DNA of 64,000 nucleotides from Octopus bimaculoides. Its lineage: Eukaryota. Location: NCBI RefSeq assembly GCF_001194135.2, contig NC_068998.1, forward strand, positions 21,848,233 to 21,912,232, given 5' to 3'. A program made the translations under genes and the position numbers. Shown here one piece after another: positions 52,543-64,000 of this stretch; the stretch's first letter is position 1, and every line of letters begins with the position of its first letter. Below the pieces are notes generated by a model that had not been told where the DNA came from, ran no database searches, and worked only from the letters and a program-made list of their open reading frames with translations.

Positions 52543-53249
52543 ATCTGGAGGGCTAACATGTGTAGCACAAGAAAAATCTGGGTACTGACATTCGTATGTA
52601 TGGTAGGGAAAGCTTTTAAGGAATCTCGCATAACACAAGGGGAGAAACTTATTCTGAAACAACAAAATATTTTTCGAGGCTCTCTGTTTAGAGACTGCAT
52701 AAGAAAATGGAAGACAAATGTAGTATGATGGGCAGACATGTTATTCAAAGGGCGTTTTTATGTCTGGAAATTACATTAAATGTGTCTTTACTAGGACAAC
52801 AACGATAATATTGTTAATTTATTTGTTGAGGGTGAATAATATGTAATATTTATTCGAAAAGTCCAGGTTTTAATCCCACTTTTCTACGTTATATAATCAA
52901 AAGCGCTACGCAATATCATAAATACTAGAAAGATATACGCGAAATATAATCGATGTCTAAATTGCATTTTCACAGCATTTATGGCTATAAATTACTTGAA
53001 AATGGAAAATATGATCTACAGTAATGAAATAACGGCATGCAACAATTTGCATTCTCAAATACAGATGAATTTACATATAATAGTAAAGAAAACAGATTTT
53101 ACTGTTTAGTTAATACCATATTCGAACCATAAGAAACGTTATACCAGCTACAAATCGGTCAAACCTCAAAATTCTTAAGCATCGATATATTTGATTAGTA
53201 CAGTTGAATTGCATTTTATACACACTCACACACACACATGTACAGAAAA

Positions 53250-53310
<61 letters not shown>

Positions 53311-53789
53311 CATATATATTGTATGCGCTGTCTATGTGTGATTATTGAAATACATATTTATATACACTATGCAGAATAAGCAAGTCGTTAGAAGCGTAAT
53401 TTCATTTTCACCTCAAATAGTTAATGCTACTAAATTATAGTACCCAAACATTAAACAATTAATGAATAATTTAGCTTCTAGAGAAAAAGAAACAAAGCTC
53501 CAAATAAAATATAAATGAAGCTACGATTAACATTTTTTCCCGTTTTTCTGATGCTTCTTTATACTGCAGACAGTCAACACACATTAGATACATTAAATGT
53601 ATAGACAATAGAGGAAATATACACATGAGCTGAATGAATATAGTGATAATTACCATCGAGAATGGATAACTCAAATAAAAGAGAAGGCAGACCTATTTAA
53701 TGACATGATATTCCGACATGAATGGCCCATTGACTGAAAATGAAAGAGGAGAGAATAAACAATTTACATGCGAAATCCAAACATCAGAT

Positions 53790-54760
53790 GGATGTGAAAA
53801 TAAAGAAAAGTGCCACAATTACGAGGAAAGAAAAACAATTGATAACTTCAAATGAGGAGAAAATGGATATATTGGATGATAGCAAATAAAAACGATCAAC
53901 ACAAAGCATCTAATCAATAAAGGGAAATAGGCATATTATATATCCGTATCTGGAAAATTATATTAGGCATTGCTAAAACAGTTTAAATATCCACATTAGA
54001 CAGCAGAGTATGACGGCACAGTGGACAGGTTACGTTACAACAACAGAGAGATATTTGAACGTATTTGATGCTATTAAATAGCGAAACATTGAAAAATTTC
54101 AATGCGTGTGAACGCTGAATAGAACATAAAAAGTCATGAATTATATACGAATGAATTGATGTACTATGCAGAATAACATTCTGATTGCACACTCTTGTCT
54201 TCAAACCTGTCACACAGAGTGACGATTCGCTTGGATACAGCAACTGTAATCTTCATGTATAAGTTACCAACACCTGCTACTTTCCCCTGTCGATTTGTTT
54301 CATGTAATATATGACTACTATTTTATAGTACCTTGGGTGGCGTTCGCAGGAAAGTATAATATGATATGAGCTAATATCACCAAAATTATTGTATGACTGT
54401 CAATTTCGTCAACATTTTGTTCTATTATCCAATATAATCCGGGATATCTTCCATTTTTAAAGTCACCACACGGATACGACATATCTAGGTTCCATATAAG
54501 CAGTTCTGAAACCTTGTATTAGTAGAAACAATATTACTGTCGTATTATTTCACGAAGTCCTCCATATGTTTGCCGTTTATTAGTATCGGTTAAGACCGAA
54601 CATTTAAGCACCATCTGAGCATAAATCCCCCTACTAGTGAATAGAAAAATATATGCCAGGATGTTGATGGCTGTGATGCGTATGTTTTATCTACTTCTGA
54701 AATTCCACTGAGGACAGTAACTGCTGTTTTCCAAAAGGTTCAATACCGTGGAACGCTCAA
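53790..54760 (+). mobile_element. Highly decayed pogo/Tigger-like transposase
   Basis: ITSNEEKMDILDDSK (HTH_psq-like), GQVTLQQQRDI...KNFNACER*IEHKSHEL (resembles F-x-AS-x-GWL...RH), LHTLVFKP, in the expected order. Weak motifs; no TIRs found. Confidence 0.4.
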
Positions 54761-55863
54761 CATATTACTTCCTATTCTTCATATTTCTCTTGCATTCGTC
54801 AATCATTGTGTATATATTGATGTATCAATTGGTAAAACATGTCGATGTTATGAATACGGGGCCCGTTCACAAGATTTTTCGCGCCGTCCATTGGTATGTT
54901 TGAAATAAATGAAGATTGTTCTAAATTATGACTATTATTGTATGCTTTCTTTTCAAATGGTGTCATAATTTTGTTTACGTATATCATGTCAAAACAGTTA
55001 GTCTAATGAAACAATTTATTGTCTGCTAATTCTAAAAATTTCCTACAAGAACTACCACAAAGCAATCGAAATATTCTCAAATAAGGTTTTACATGAACTC
55101 ATAAATGATCTATATACCTATTAGGGACGCTATTATATCTGGTGTTTGCCAACTCTTATTAGCCACAATTTTATTTCCAATTAGATCGCCTACAATTCTG
55201 AAACAAATTCTCAATTACCAGTTATACAGCCAATGATTATACTAACTATACAGTTGTAAGTTATACCTGTATGTGAATATGAACGCGGAACAGCTGAATG
55301 ACATTTAGAAGAACATGGGCCATGCAAAAGTAGAGTTATAGAAATCAATATGATAAATAATAAAAACATTGATGTTGAATACAATTTTGTGAAATTTTAT
55401 ATTTTTCGTATAATTTAATAGCCGTTTATAAATTATACTTTATTACCATAATATACATGAAATGATACTGTTATAGACTCAGCTTCATGCATTCAGCGAT
55501 ATCTTTTCATATTCAAACATTTAGAGTTACAAATTGTTTCTTTTATATCATAACTAATAATTTATGCATTAAGACTATATCTAATGTTTTATGCACCCTG
55601 TTATGTACTATTCATTCGAATATATAGCAAAACAGCATTTATAACGTATTTTGACTGGTGATGACATAAAATACATTAATATTTTGTTGCTTATTGTCAT
55701 ATTGATGGTCTTATATTTTTTTAGGATTTCTGTTCGAATATTCAGAGATATTGCAGATCTTACAGATCTTAAATGATAAAGAATTTGGGTTGGTATATAT
55801 ATTTTATCGACGTCTACATAGATACATAGATACATACACACACAGACACACACTCACAAAGAG

Positions 55864-55921
<58 letters not shown>

Positions 55922-57484
55922 TTGCGTATAGACACTGAAATACACGCCCAAACGCACTAGCTGGTGACGCCCGATCTTACGTCTGTGTAAGTGTAGCTGC
56001 CCGTGCATGTATTAGCTAGTGCATATGTATGTACGGTTTTAAACGTTTTCACATAATTGACATGATGATTATATTCATGGTGATAAGAATGATAGTGTTA
56101 AATATGGAAATATATTCCAATGTAGTAGTATTAGTGGCGGTGTTGTTGCTGTTGTTGTTGGTGGTGTTACGTTGCTGTCGTCGTAGTAGTTGTAGTAGTA
56201 GCAGTAGCCGTAAAAACAGAAGTAGATGAATCATGTATTTTATTTTCAATATGAACCATTTACTTTCTCTTATACCATTTCAATATCCTATAAAAATTAA
56301 CCAATGGCAATAGAATAAATTTATCCCTTTTCATTCTAATACATTTGGAAAGAAATGACTAATATACAAAATATACGCTATCATACAAATATAATATCTA
56401 CATACACACACATACACAACTGAATATATGTATATTTATATATATGCATGCATATATATCCATATATATTTATATATNNNNNNNNNNNNNNNNNNNNNNN
56501 NNNNNNNNNNNNNNNNNNNNNNNNNNNNNNNNNNNNNNNNNNNNNNNNNNNNNNNNNNNNNNNNNNNNNNNNNNNNNNNNNNNNNNNNNNNNNNNNNNNN
56601 NNNNNNNNNNNNNNNNNNNNNNNNNNNNNNNNNNNNNNNNNNNNNNNNNNNNNNNNNNNNNNNNNNNNNNNNNNNNNNNNNNNNNNNNNNNNNNTATATA
56701 TATATTCATTTTTGTGTGTGTATGTAAATTTCTGTAGATAAATCTATGTAGTTATCTCTCTATGTATACACATTTAAAAGTATATGTGTATATACATATT
56801 TACTCCCGTACACACACACACAGAGAAACACATGTATATGTATGTATATAAATTTCACATTCGTGTGTATGCTTGTGTGATGTTCTACTAATGTGCGTAT
56901 GTGACCACGTTTGTGCGTATTCTTTGTATCCACATGTGAAATTGTTCTTAATCCATACCATTCCCAAGCATGTCTTTTCAATTTGTATATCTACAAAATC
57001 ATATTTGTTATATTTATGCATTTATATCGCTTAGTGATGATTGAAGACCATAACGTGTTTTTTGGTATTTATCTGCATTTGCTTTTTTTATATTATTTGT
57101 TCACGTATTGGCTAATTTCCATGGCATCCATGTGAAATCAGTTTAAATACCGTATACATAAATGTAACAGTGAACTCTCATATTGTTCATAATGTGTGAA
57201 TTTGCCCATGATTGGGTTTCAATAACCAGAAAAGAAATGAGTTTTATCGATTCAAATCCAGTTTCAATTGGATATGATAGAATTCAATGCTGCATAAATA
57301 TTGTGTTCTTTCTTATGACACAAGAACAATGATACAAGGCTTTTGTAAACATGAAACGCTTAAAATGAGAAAATTGTTTATGTTTTAATATTTTATATTT
57401 ATACTTGATAATTGTAGTATCAATGAAGAAGCATTTTCCAAAGTTGCATCTAATATTTCATTGAGTCTATTTATTTATGTTGAT

Positions 57485-57692
57485 TTCGAATTTTGTCATA
57501 GGGACAGCAATTGCACGGAGGGTGTATGACCATGACATTTACCCCAGTGTCCAACCGGAACTGATTTTAGCAACCGAATTCAGGAAGAATAAAAGCAAAG
57601 CCGATCTCGGGGGAATTTGATCTCAGAACATAACTACAAAGTTCTGCAATGCGTTTTCCTCGGCATGCTAATGATTCTGTCAGCACGCCACC
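57485..57692 (-). mobile_element. SINE family A, diverged full-length copy
   Basis: AAAGCAAAGCCGATCTCGGGGGAATTTGATCTCAGAAC...CGGCATGCTAATGATTCTGTCAGC is the reverse complement of the family-A head and centre. Confidence 0.75.
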
Positions 57693-57708
57693 TCAGTCTA
57701 TCAAGTTA

Positions 57709-57892
57709 TATTGGTTTCAAATTTTACTTCAAGGCCAGCAATTTGTGGGAGGGGTTAAGTCGACCCCAGTATTCAACTTCTACTTGGTTTGTCGAACCCG
57801 ATAAGAAGAAAAACAAAGTTAACATCAGCGGAAAATAAAATTCAGAATGTAAAGACCGACGAAACGCCGCTATGCATTTTGCCCGGCGTGCT
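57709..57892 (-). mobile_element. SINE family A, second tandem copy
   Basis: CAAGGCCAGCAATTTGTGGGAGGGG..GTCGACCCCAGTA...GTAAAGACCGACGAAACGCCGCTATGCATTTTGCCCGGCGTGCTA. Confidence 0.75.
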
Positions 57893-58092
57893 ACAGACTC
57901 AGATTGCTCAGCGACACAGACTATTTGCATATATTAAAATCAATGTAAAGTTTAGATTCTGTACACTTTTTATGCACGAATCTCTAATAATATTTCCGAA
58001 AAACGAGGCTAGATATATAACCTTATAATATGCATTGAATCCTTAAACGCAAATTATTAATAATAACCGAAAGATATTTTATTTCTAAATTT

Positions 58093-58290
58093 AACCGATG
58101 CTGGAGTAGTTATGTCCCCGTAACTTAGCTTTTCGGTAAAAAAGACGATAGAATAAGTACGAGGCTTACTAAAAATATACGTCCTGGTGTCAATTTCTGC
58201 GACTATAACTCTTTAAGGCGGCAATCTAGTGTGACCGTATTCAAATGACTGAAACAAGTAAAAGAATAAGAAATAAAAGAAGAAAAGAAT
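58093..58290 (+). mobile_element. SINE family B tail
   Basis: AACCGATGCTGG...GTCCCCGTAACTTAGC.TTTCGG...GATAGAATAAGTAC.AGGCTTAC...AAGGCGG...CAAATGACTGAAACAAGTAAAAGAATAAG, with an A-rich tandem tail. Confidence 0.8.
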
Positions 58291-58981
58291 ATATGTCATT
58301 CGGCCACCAGTTGGGATTGCTTTTACACTGAATAATTTGAAGTTGCTGTTGGTATCATTCGGCATTAATGTATTGTATCACACATGTTTCATTTAGCAAA
58401 ATATTCGAATTTCACATATTTCCAGATCTATACAATAACGTAAATACAAGAAAGAATTTTACACAATCGATTCATCTGCTCGTAATCGGAGACAAATATC
58501 TCCTGCAATTACTCAGTTCCCTTGAAGGGAAATGATCCTTGCATGATATATACATAAATAATGAATGTGGGGAAAATAATCCGTTTTGTTTCTGTACATA
58601 GAACGTCATTGATAACATATATATTAAGCTATTGATGACAGAATAAAACCAATATGTACATCAGCAATTAAGAGACAAACACATTTTGGATCTTGTAAAT
58701 TACACAAGATTTACTGACACTAGCAGCTTATTCTATTTGAAATATCTTTCCCTGAATACTTTATACGTTTGGAATGTGCATAGAAGTTAAATGCAAGACA
58801 ATTTTATCTAAGGAAAAATGTCTGAAAGTAATATGAGTTTTCAGGAATGATGCTTAAATTACGCGAAGGAAATGGATACCAAACAACAATAAAAGATAGA
58901 GATAAATACAGAGTCTGAGAGAAAATAGAATTGGCTAGACAAAAAAACATCGGTATTTTAATAGTGTTTGTTACAAGCCTT

Positions 58982-59170
58982 TTCTACTCTAGGCACAAGG
59001 TCCATAATGTTCTACTGTATGCACAAGGTCCAAAATTTTGAGCGGAGGCCCCCAGTCGATCATATCGACCCAAGTACGCAACTGGTACTCAATTTATCGT
59101 TACCGAAATGATGAAAGGCAAAGTCGACCTCGGAGAAATTCGATCTCAGAGCGTAAAGACGAACAAAATA
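58982..59170 (-). mobile_element. SINE family A with a duplicated 3' end
   Basis: CCAGTCGATCATATCGACCCAAGTACGCAACTGGTACTCAATTTATCG...GATGAAAGGCAAAGTCGACCTCGG. 3' 23-mer present twice (58982-59004 and 59010-59032). Confidence 0.85.
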
Positions 59171-59499
59171 CATCATGAAATAGTAAACTGCTATTTACTT
59201 GTCAATTATTAACAGATTTGATAACAACTTGCCACAACAATATGAAAACTATGAAACTTTATAAGCAAACATAGCTAATGGCCATCAAGAAAACTTCCGA
59301 ATTCTTCCTCAACCAGCATAAAACAACGCCAAAATCCTTGTATATCAGTCCCCGCATCTCAAAGATGGATGGTGAATTATAAGTCGTTCACAGAATATTC
59401 ACAGCTGCAAAGCCTTTAAACATAAACTACCTTGTCTGCTGCCAAAGAACAAGAAGTATAGTAAACAAAAAGAAAAACGACAACATATAACGAAGAAAC

Positions 59500-59988
59500 A
59501 AAATATGTATGTGAAGTTATTTACAACTGACTTGTACATTTGTGATATCTCAGTTTTTCACTGACAGCATTTTCCTGGTGAATTCGAAATTTGCAAATAT
59601 TTATAAACAACTTCAATCAACATAAAGACAGTTGACGAACGAAACAGTGAATATCTGAGTAATGACGTATACATGCATTATGATAATATTAATACTAGAT
59701 ACACAGGTGTACATACGCTAAATATATCGCAATATTACTTTCAGTCTAAACGCACGGCTTACTGCGGCAATTGAATTTCCTCTGCACGCTCTGCATTAAT
59801 ACTATCATAATGTATGTATACGTCATTACTCAGATATTCACTGTTTCGATCGTCAACTGTCTTTATGTTGATTGAAGTTGTTTATAAATATTTGCAAATT
59901 TCGAATTGACCAGGAAAATGTTGTCAGTGAAAAACTGAGATTTCACAAATGTACAAGTCAGTTGCAAATAACTTCACAAACGTGTTTT
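59500..59988. repeat. Long inverted repeat (foldback/MITE-like): 184-bp arms, ~100-bp spacer
   Basis: 59510-59693 versus the reverse complement of 59795-59978: ungapped, 7 mismatches in 184 bp by manual alignment. Weaker pairing extends to 59500/59988. Confidence 0.95.
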
Positions 59989-60039
59989 ACAGAAATACAT
60001 TACGCATCTAAACAGAGCTTGTGAATAAGTAAACCCAAT

Positions 60040-60184
60040 GAATACCAGTGTGCAGCTTGTACTCATTTCACCGACCTCGACAAGACGCGAGGCAAAATTG
60101 AGAGTGGCGGAATCTAAACTCGTGACATAAAGACGGAGTAAATGTCGCAAAACTTTTAGTCTGGTGTATTAGGAGTTCTGCCAA
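60040..60184 (-). mobile_element. SINE family A, old diverged copy
   Basis: CCAGTGTGCAGCTTGTACTCATTT..CGACCTCG.CAAGA...GGCAAA...GGCGGAAT...ATAAAGACGGA...TTCTGCCA. Confidence 0.6.
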
Positions 60185-60404
60185 AGAAGAAAGAGATGAA
60201 GAAAAAGATGATGATGATGTGGAGGATGAAGAAAAACAAGAAGGAAAGAAGAAGATATGATGAAGATGATGATGATGATGATGATGATGATGATAATGAT
60301 GATGAGGAGGAGGAGGAGGAGAGGGAGAAGTAGAAGAAAAATACGAAGAAGCGGAAGAGGGGAAGAAAGATGATGAGAAGGAGGAAGAAAGATGATGATG
60401 ATGG

Positions 60405-60454
<50 letters not shown>

Positions 60455-60547
60455 CTGATGATGATGATGATGATGAAACGAAGAAGAGGCCGAGGGAGGA
60501 GGAGAAGAAGAAGAAATAAGTAGAGGAAGAAGGAGAAGGAGAAGCTA
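60185..60547 (+). repeat. Purine-rich (GAT)n/(GAG)n/(GAA)n trinucleotide tract
   Basis: Seen directly. Stops interrupt the acidic reading frames. Confidence 0.93.
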
Positions 60548-61254
60548 CATAATCAAAAACAAGAAACTAAGACCAACTGAAGATATGATTACAAAACTCA
60601 AAAATTAATGAACTGATGTTATGTTTAGTTATGAACATAACATCACTCACAAATGAAAGAACAGTCAGGAGACAAGTTTTAGGCACATTGGATTAATAAC
60701 TAAAACAGCCTTAACTACGTCTTAATATGATAATAAGCATCATTAATTAATGTTACTTTACTAGAAAGAAGCTATATTTGCCATAATCTCACTAATTGCG
60801 AAGCGAAATGACATACTAAGTGGCCAATGGTAGACAAGAAAATGAAGTAAAGTACTGACTATTTAAAATATGAGCTCCAGATTCGATAAAGGAATAAATC
60901 TATATTCAAAACAAATATGTAGACCATGAGAATTCTGTTGCCAGCTTACTCTTAGAAAATAACTTCTCGTAACAAAAGTACGTTATGATCGGCAATCGCA
61001 AATAAATACAGTCGTATTTGATATGAAGGCAACAACAAAAACTTGCTCATTTCCTAGTAAAGCGAGAAAATATTCCAAGTTCTTAAGAAGGATAAACCAA
61101 AGAATGTTTTAAAAATTCCAATCATCAGCAAAATAGGGGCCTGAAGAATTCCACGGCAAAGTGAAAGCAAGAAAAACCTTTACATGGCCATTGACGCATA
61201 AACCACAATGCTAGGAAAGTGACTTAGAGAATGGTAGAAACCGAGGTCAAAATA

Positions 61255-61357
61255 ACAATACTTTTTTCTACTCTAGGCACAAGGCCCGGAATTTTTGGGG
61301 AGGGGACAGTCGGTTACATTTCCCCAGTACGCAAATGGTATTTAATTTATTGACCCT
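61255..61357 (-). mobile_element. SINE family A 3' half
   Basis: TTCTACTCTAGGCACAAGGCCCGGAATTTTTGGGGAGGGG.CAGTCG...CCCCAGTACGCAAATGGTATTTAATTTATTGACCC. Confidence 0.85.
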
Positions 61358-61766
61358 AACACATGTAAGACACAGCTAGTGCAGTGTTAATTTTGCCAAA
61401 GAAAACGCTTCTTAACAGAATGCTATATCTAGCATAAGATATCTGCAAAGGACACAGGAAAATTTTTCAAATGTTATGACCTACAGCCAGGGAACAACAG
61501 AACTCGCTGATTGTAAAAAGAGGGGCAATCCCATCATAATTTATCCGTTGGAAATGATGGAGATTCGATGGAGAAATATATAACAAATAACTAAAAGTTA
61601 AGAGGATACAGAAAACGTACTGACAGATTACTGAACAGATTTTATAGCATGTCATCAATAAGATTGAAAATCAAAGCATTGCACGTAACCATAGCATCGT
61701 AGTTATAGCGTGAAAACACAAAATGAAAATAAACGTATTGAAAACTGAAACTTTTTGTACATAATT

Positions 61767-61978
61767 TTTCTACTATAGCAGGAAGCCTTCAAATATTGAG
61801 GGAGATGGATTCTAGTCGATTACATCGACCCTAAACCACAGTTGGGTCTTTATGTTATCAACACCAAGAGTACGTAAGGGTAAGTCGATTTCGACACAAT
61901 TTGAACTCAGAACGTGAAGACCGGCGTAATGATGCTCAGCTTTGATCCAGGCGCGCGAATGATTCTGCCAGCCACCTC
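61767..61978 (-). mobile_element. SINE family A, diverged full-length copy
   Basis: AGTCGATTACATCGACCC...AAGTCGATTTCG...AATTTGAACTCAGAACGTGAAGAC...AATGATTCTGCCAGC. Confidence 0.75.
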
Positions 61979-62356
61979 TACGCCTTCTGATGATTATGCG
62001 ATTTACATCAATTATTATATCAGTTATCTCTTACAAACTTTGTAATTTTACACCATGATATTCTTCATACACGAAGATATTACTATTCGATATAAAATAT
62101 TCTATTTATTTTGACACATTATTCAGGCAGTCATTGCAAATGATATTACTACAAAATATTTTGCCCAGCCATTTGTCATGAGAATAATATAGAATTTAGA
62201 ATACAATTTCATCAACATACCAAAGCCATGATCTACCATCTTTCATTCCTTTTTGTAGCTGGCTGTGCTAAATCACTGGCTTAATCATCATATCTAATGA
62301 GATGTATTATATTTATGGGTGTTTTAAAACGAGTGACAACTGAATTGTATATAAAT

Positions 62357-62433
<77 letters not shown>

Positions 62434-63239
62434 NNNNNNNNNNNNNNNNNNNNNNNNNNNNNNNNNNNNNNNNNNNNNNNNNNNNNNNNNNNNNNNNNNN
62501 NNNNNNNNNNNNNNNNNNNNNNNNNNNNNNNNNNNNNNNNNNNNNNNNNNNNNNNNNNNNNNNNNNNNNNNNNNNNNNNNNNNNNNNNNNNNNNNNNNNN
62601 NNNNNNNNNNNNNNNNNNNNNNNNNNNNNNNNNNNNNNNNNNNNNNNNNNNNNNNNNNNNNNNNNNNNNNNNNNNNNNNNNNNNNNNNNNNNNNNNNNNN
62701 NNNNNNNNNNNNNNNNNNNNNNNNNNNNNNNNNNNNNNNNNNNNNNNNNNNNNNNNNNNNNNNNNNNNNNNNNNNNNNNNNNNNNNNNNNNNNNNNNNNN
62801 NNNNNNNNNNNNNNNNNNNNNNNNNNNNNNNNNNNNNNNNNNNNNNNNNNNNNNNNNNNNNNNNNNNNNNNNNNNNNNNNNNNNNNNNNNNNNNNNNNNN
62901 NNNCACACACAATTCACACACACACAAAAGTCTGGTGCTGTGAGAACACATGAGAATGACGTTTCCTTATTTTTCCAAATATACTCAAATATAAATTGAT
63001 CTAATATACGATATCATTCATTCGGAATGTGTTGAAATGGGCCAAACAATTCAATTCCACACAAATATATGTTACTTTATATATAATTTATGTGTTAATT
63101 CTATTTACTGAAACTTACTAACAAGCATATTTTGCTTTAAAGTAGTATCTCCTTGTAGACACAATTGTCAGTAATCATACTGTTTCCATTTCTCTCAGCC
63201 AATATTTTTACATACAGCTGACCATATGAGCAGAATTGT

Positions 63240-63930
63240 GTCGCCTTCTTCCACACACATATACAGCGTCACAGAATCTAGATTTCTTCTTGGATATGGA
63301 TTGCCACCTATCCAACTGGACGCTATCTGTAGGCCAGTTGAGCGAGCTAGACAACCTTGTTAATTATCATCAAACATTAAGGAAAGTGGAGCCGTTGTGG
63401 TATGAAGCGCTGACATTTAGACGTTTAGACGGGGGATGCATTCCACCAGCTTGCTAAGACCGCCTTCCGACAGCTATCTAAGCTTCTCCTGCTCTCTGAT
63501 CTCACCCCATACAACCAGCAGTCCCTATCTTCCACCATCCAAGTCTTCCACCATCCATGTATTCCACCATCCATGTCATCCAGAATCCATGTCTTCCCCC
63601 ATCTTCTCATCTTCTACTCTCCCACCTATTGCCACTAACCTCATCAGCCTAAATCGCCACACGCCCCCAACATCGATAAACCTAAGAACCCCGGCCGCCC
63701 CATCGATTCTACGTGTAACTTCCCCACAGAGCATATTTCTAAATACATTGGTCACACACTTTCCCTAATTTTTCAGCCATCCAACGGCACGTAATTGTCT
63801 CAGACTATACTTTTCCTTTCTCCAGATATTTTCCACTTATCTCTTTCTAAGAACGAAGAGACATACTCACAATGCCAACCCACACTCTTTCTCCTATCTT
63901 AAACTTTCTTTGGGCGTCATTCCAATACAT
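63240..63930 (+). mobile_element. Decayed LINE ORF2 C-terminal fragment (possibly L1/Tx1-like)
   Basis: C/T/A-skewed composition like 4980-6110. Weak remnants CHLSNWTLSVGQ...LDNLV and HQLAKTAFRQLSKLL. Not diagnostic. Confidence 0.28.
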
Positions 63931-63964
63931 TCATTATGTACATTACTTTGACTTCTGCTTGATT

Positions 63965-64000
<36 letters not shown>

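Noticed and set aside
60185-60547. Acidic Asp/Glu-rich coding exon
   Set aside because: (GAT/GAG/GAA)n tract with frame-shifting units and in-frame stops; no splice boundaries.

Overview
Very AT-rich, microsatellite-dense eukaryotic genomic DNA from a gapped short-read assembly: ten N-runs, nearly all next to (TA)n, (CA)n or (GA)n arrays. The repeat content (tRNA-derived SINEs, RTE LINE, Penelope, many Tc1/mariner copies) resembles what I recall of Octopus genomes; this is inference and needs a BLAST check. I find no intact host gene, rRNA, tRNA or CRISPR array. The window looks intronic or intergenic and is mostly decayed transposons: a DD37D/maT remnant, a 5'-truncated RTE LINE, three Tc1 copies, three mariners, a hAT (Buster/Charlie-like) remnant, two pogo/Tigger remnants, a Penelope element, MITEs, older LINE fragments and about 15 SINE pieces from three families. 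Almost all long ORFs in the supplied track are artefacts of microsatellites or N-gaps. Best leads: (1) a 184-bp, 96%-identical ungapped inverted repeat at 59.5-60.0 kb; (2) an RTE ORF ending in three tandem C2H2 fingers; (3) an unidentified decayed protein-coding block at 40.3-41.45 kb; (4) a 36-bp insertion apparently copied from a nearby MITE and flanked by a 10-bp duplication; (5) a SINE nested in another SINE with a clean target-site duplication (TSD), plus a same-strand SINE cluster at 57.5-62 kb.
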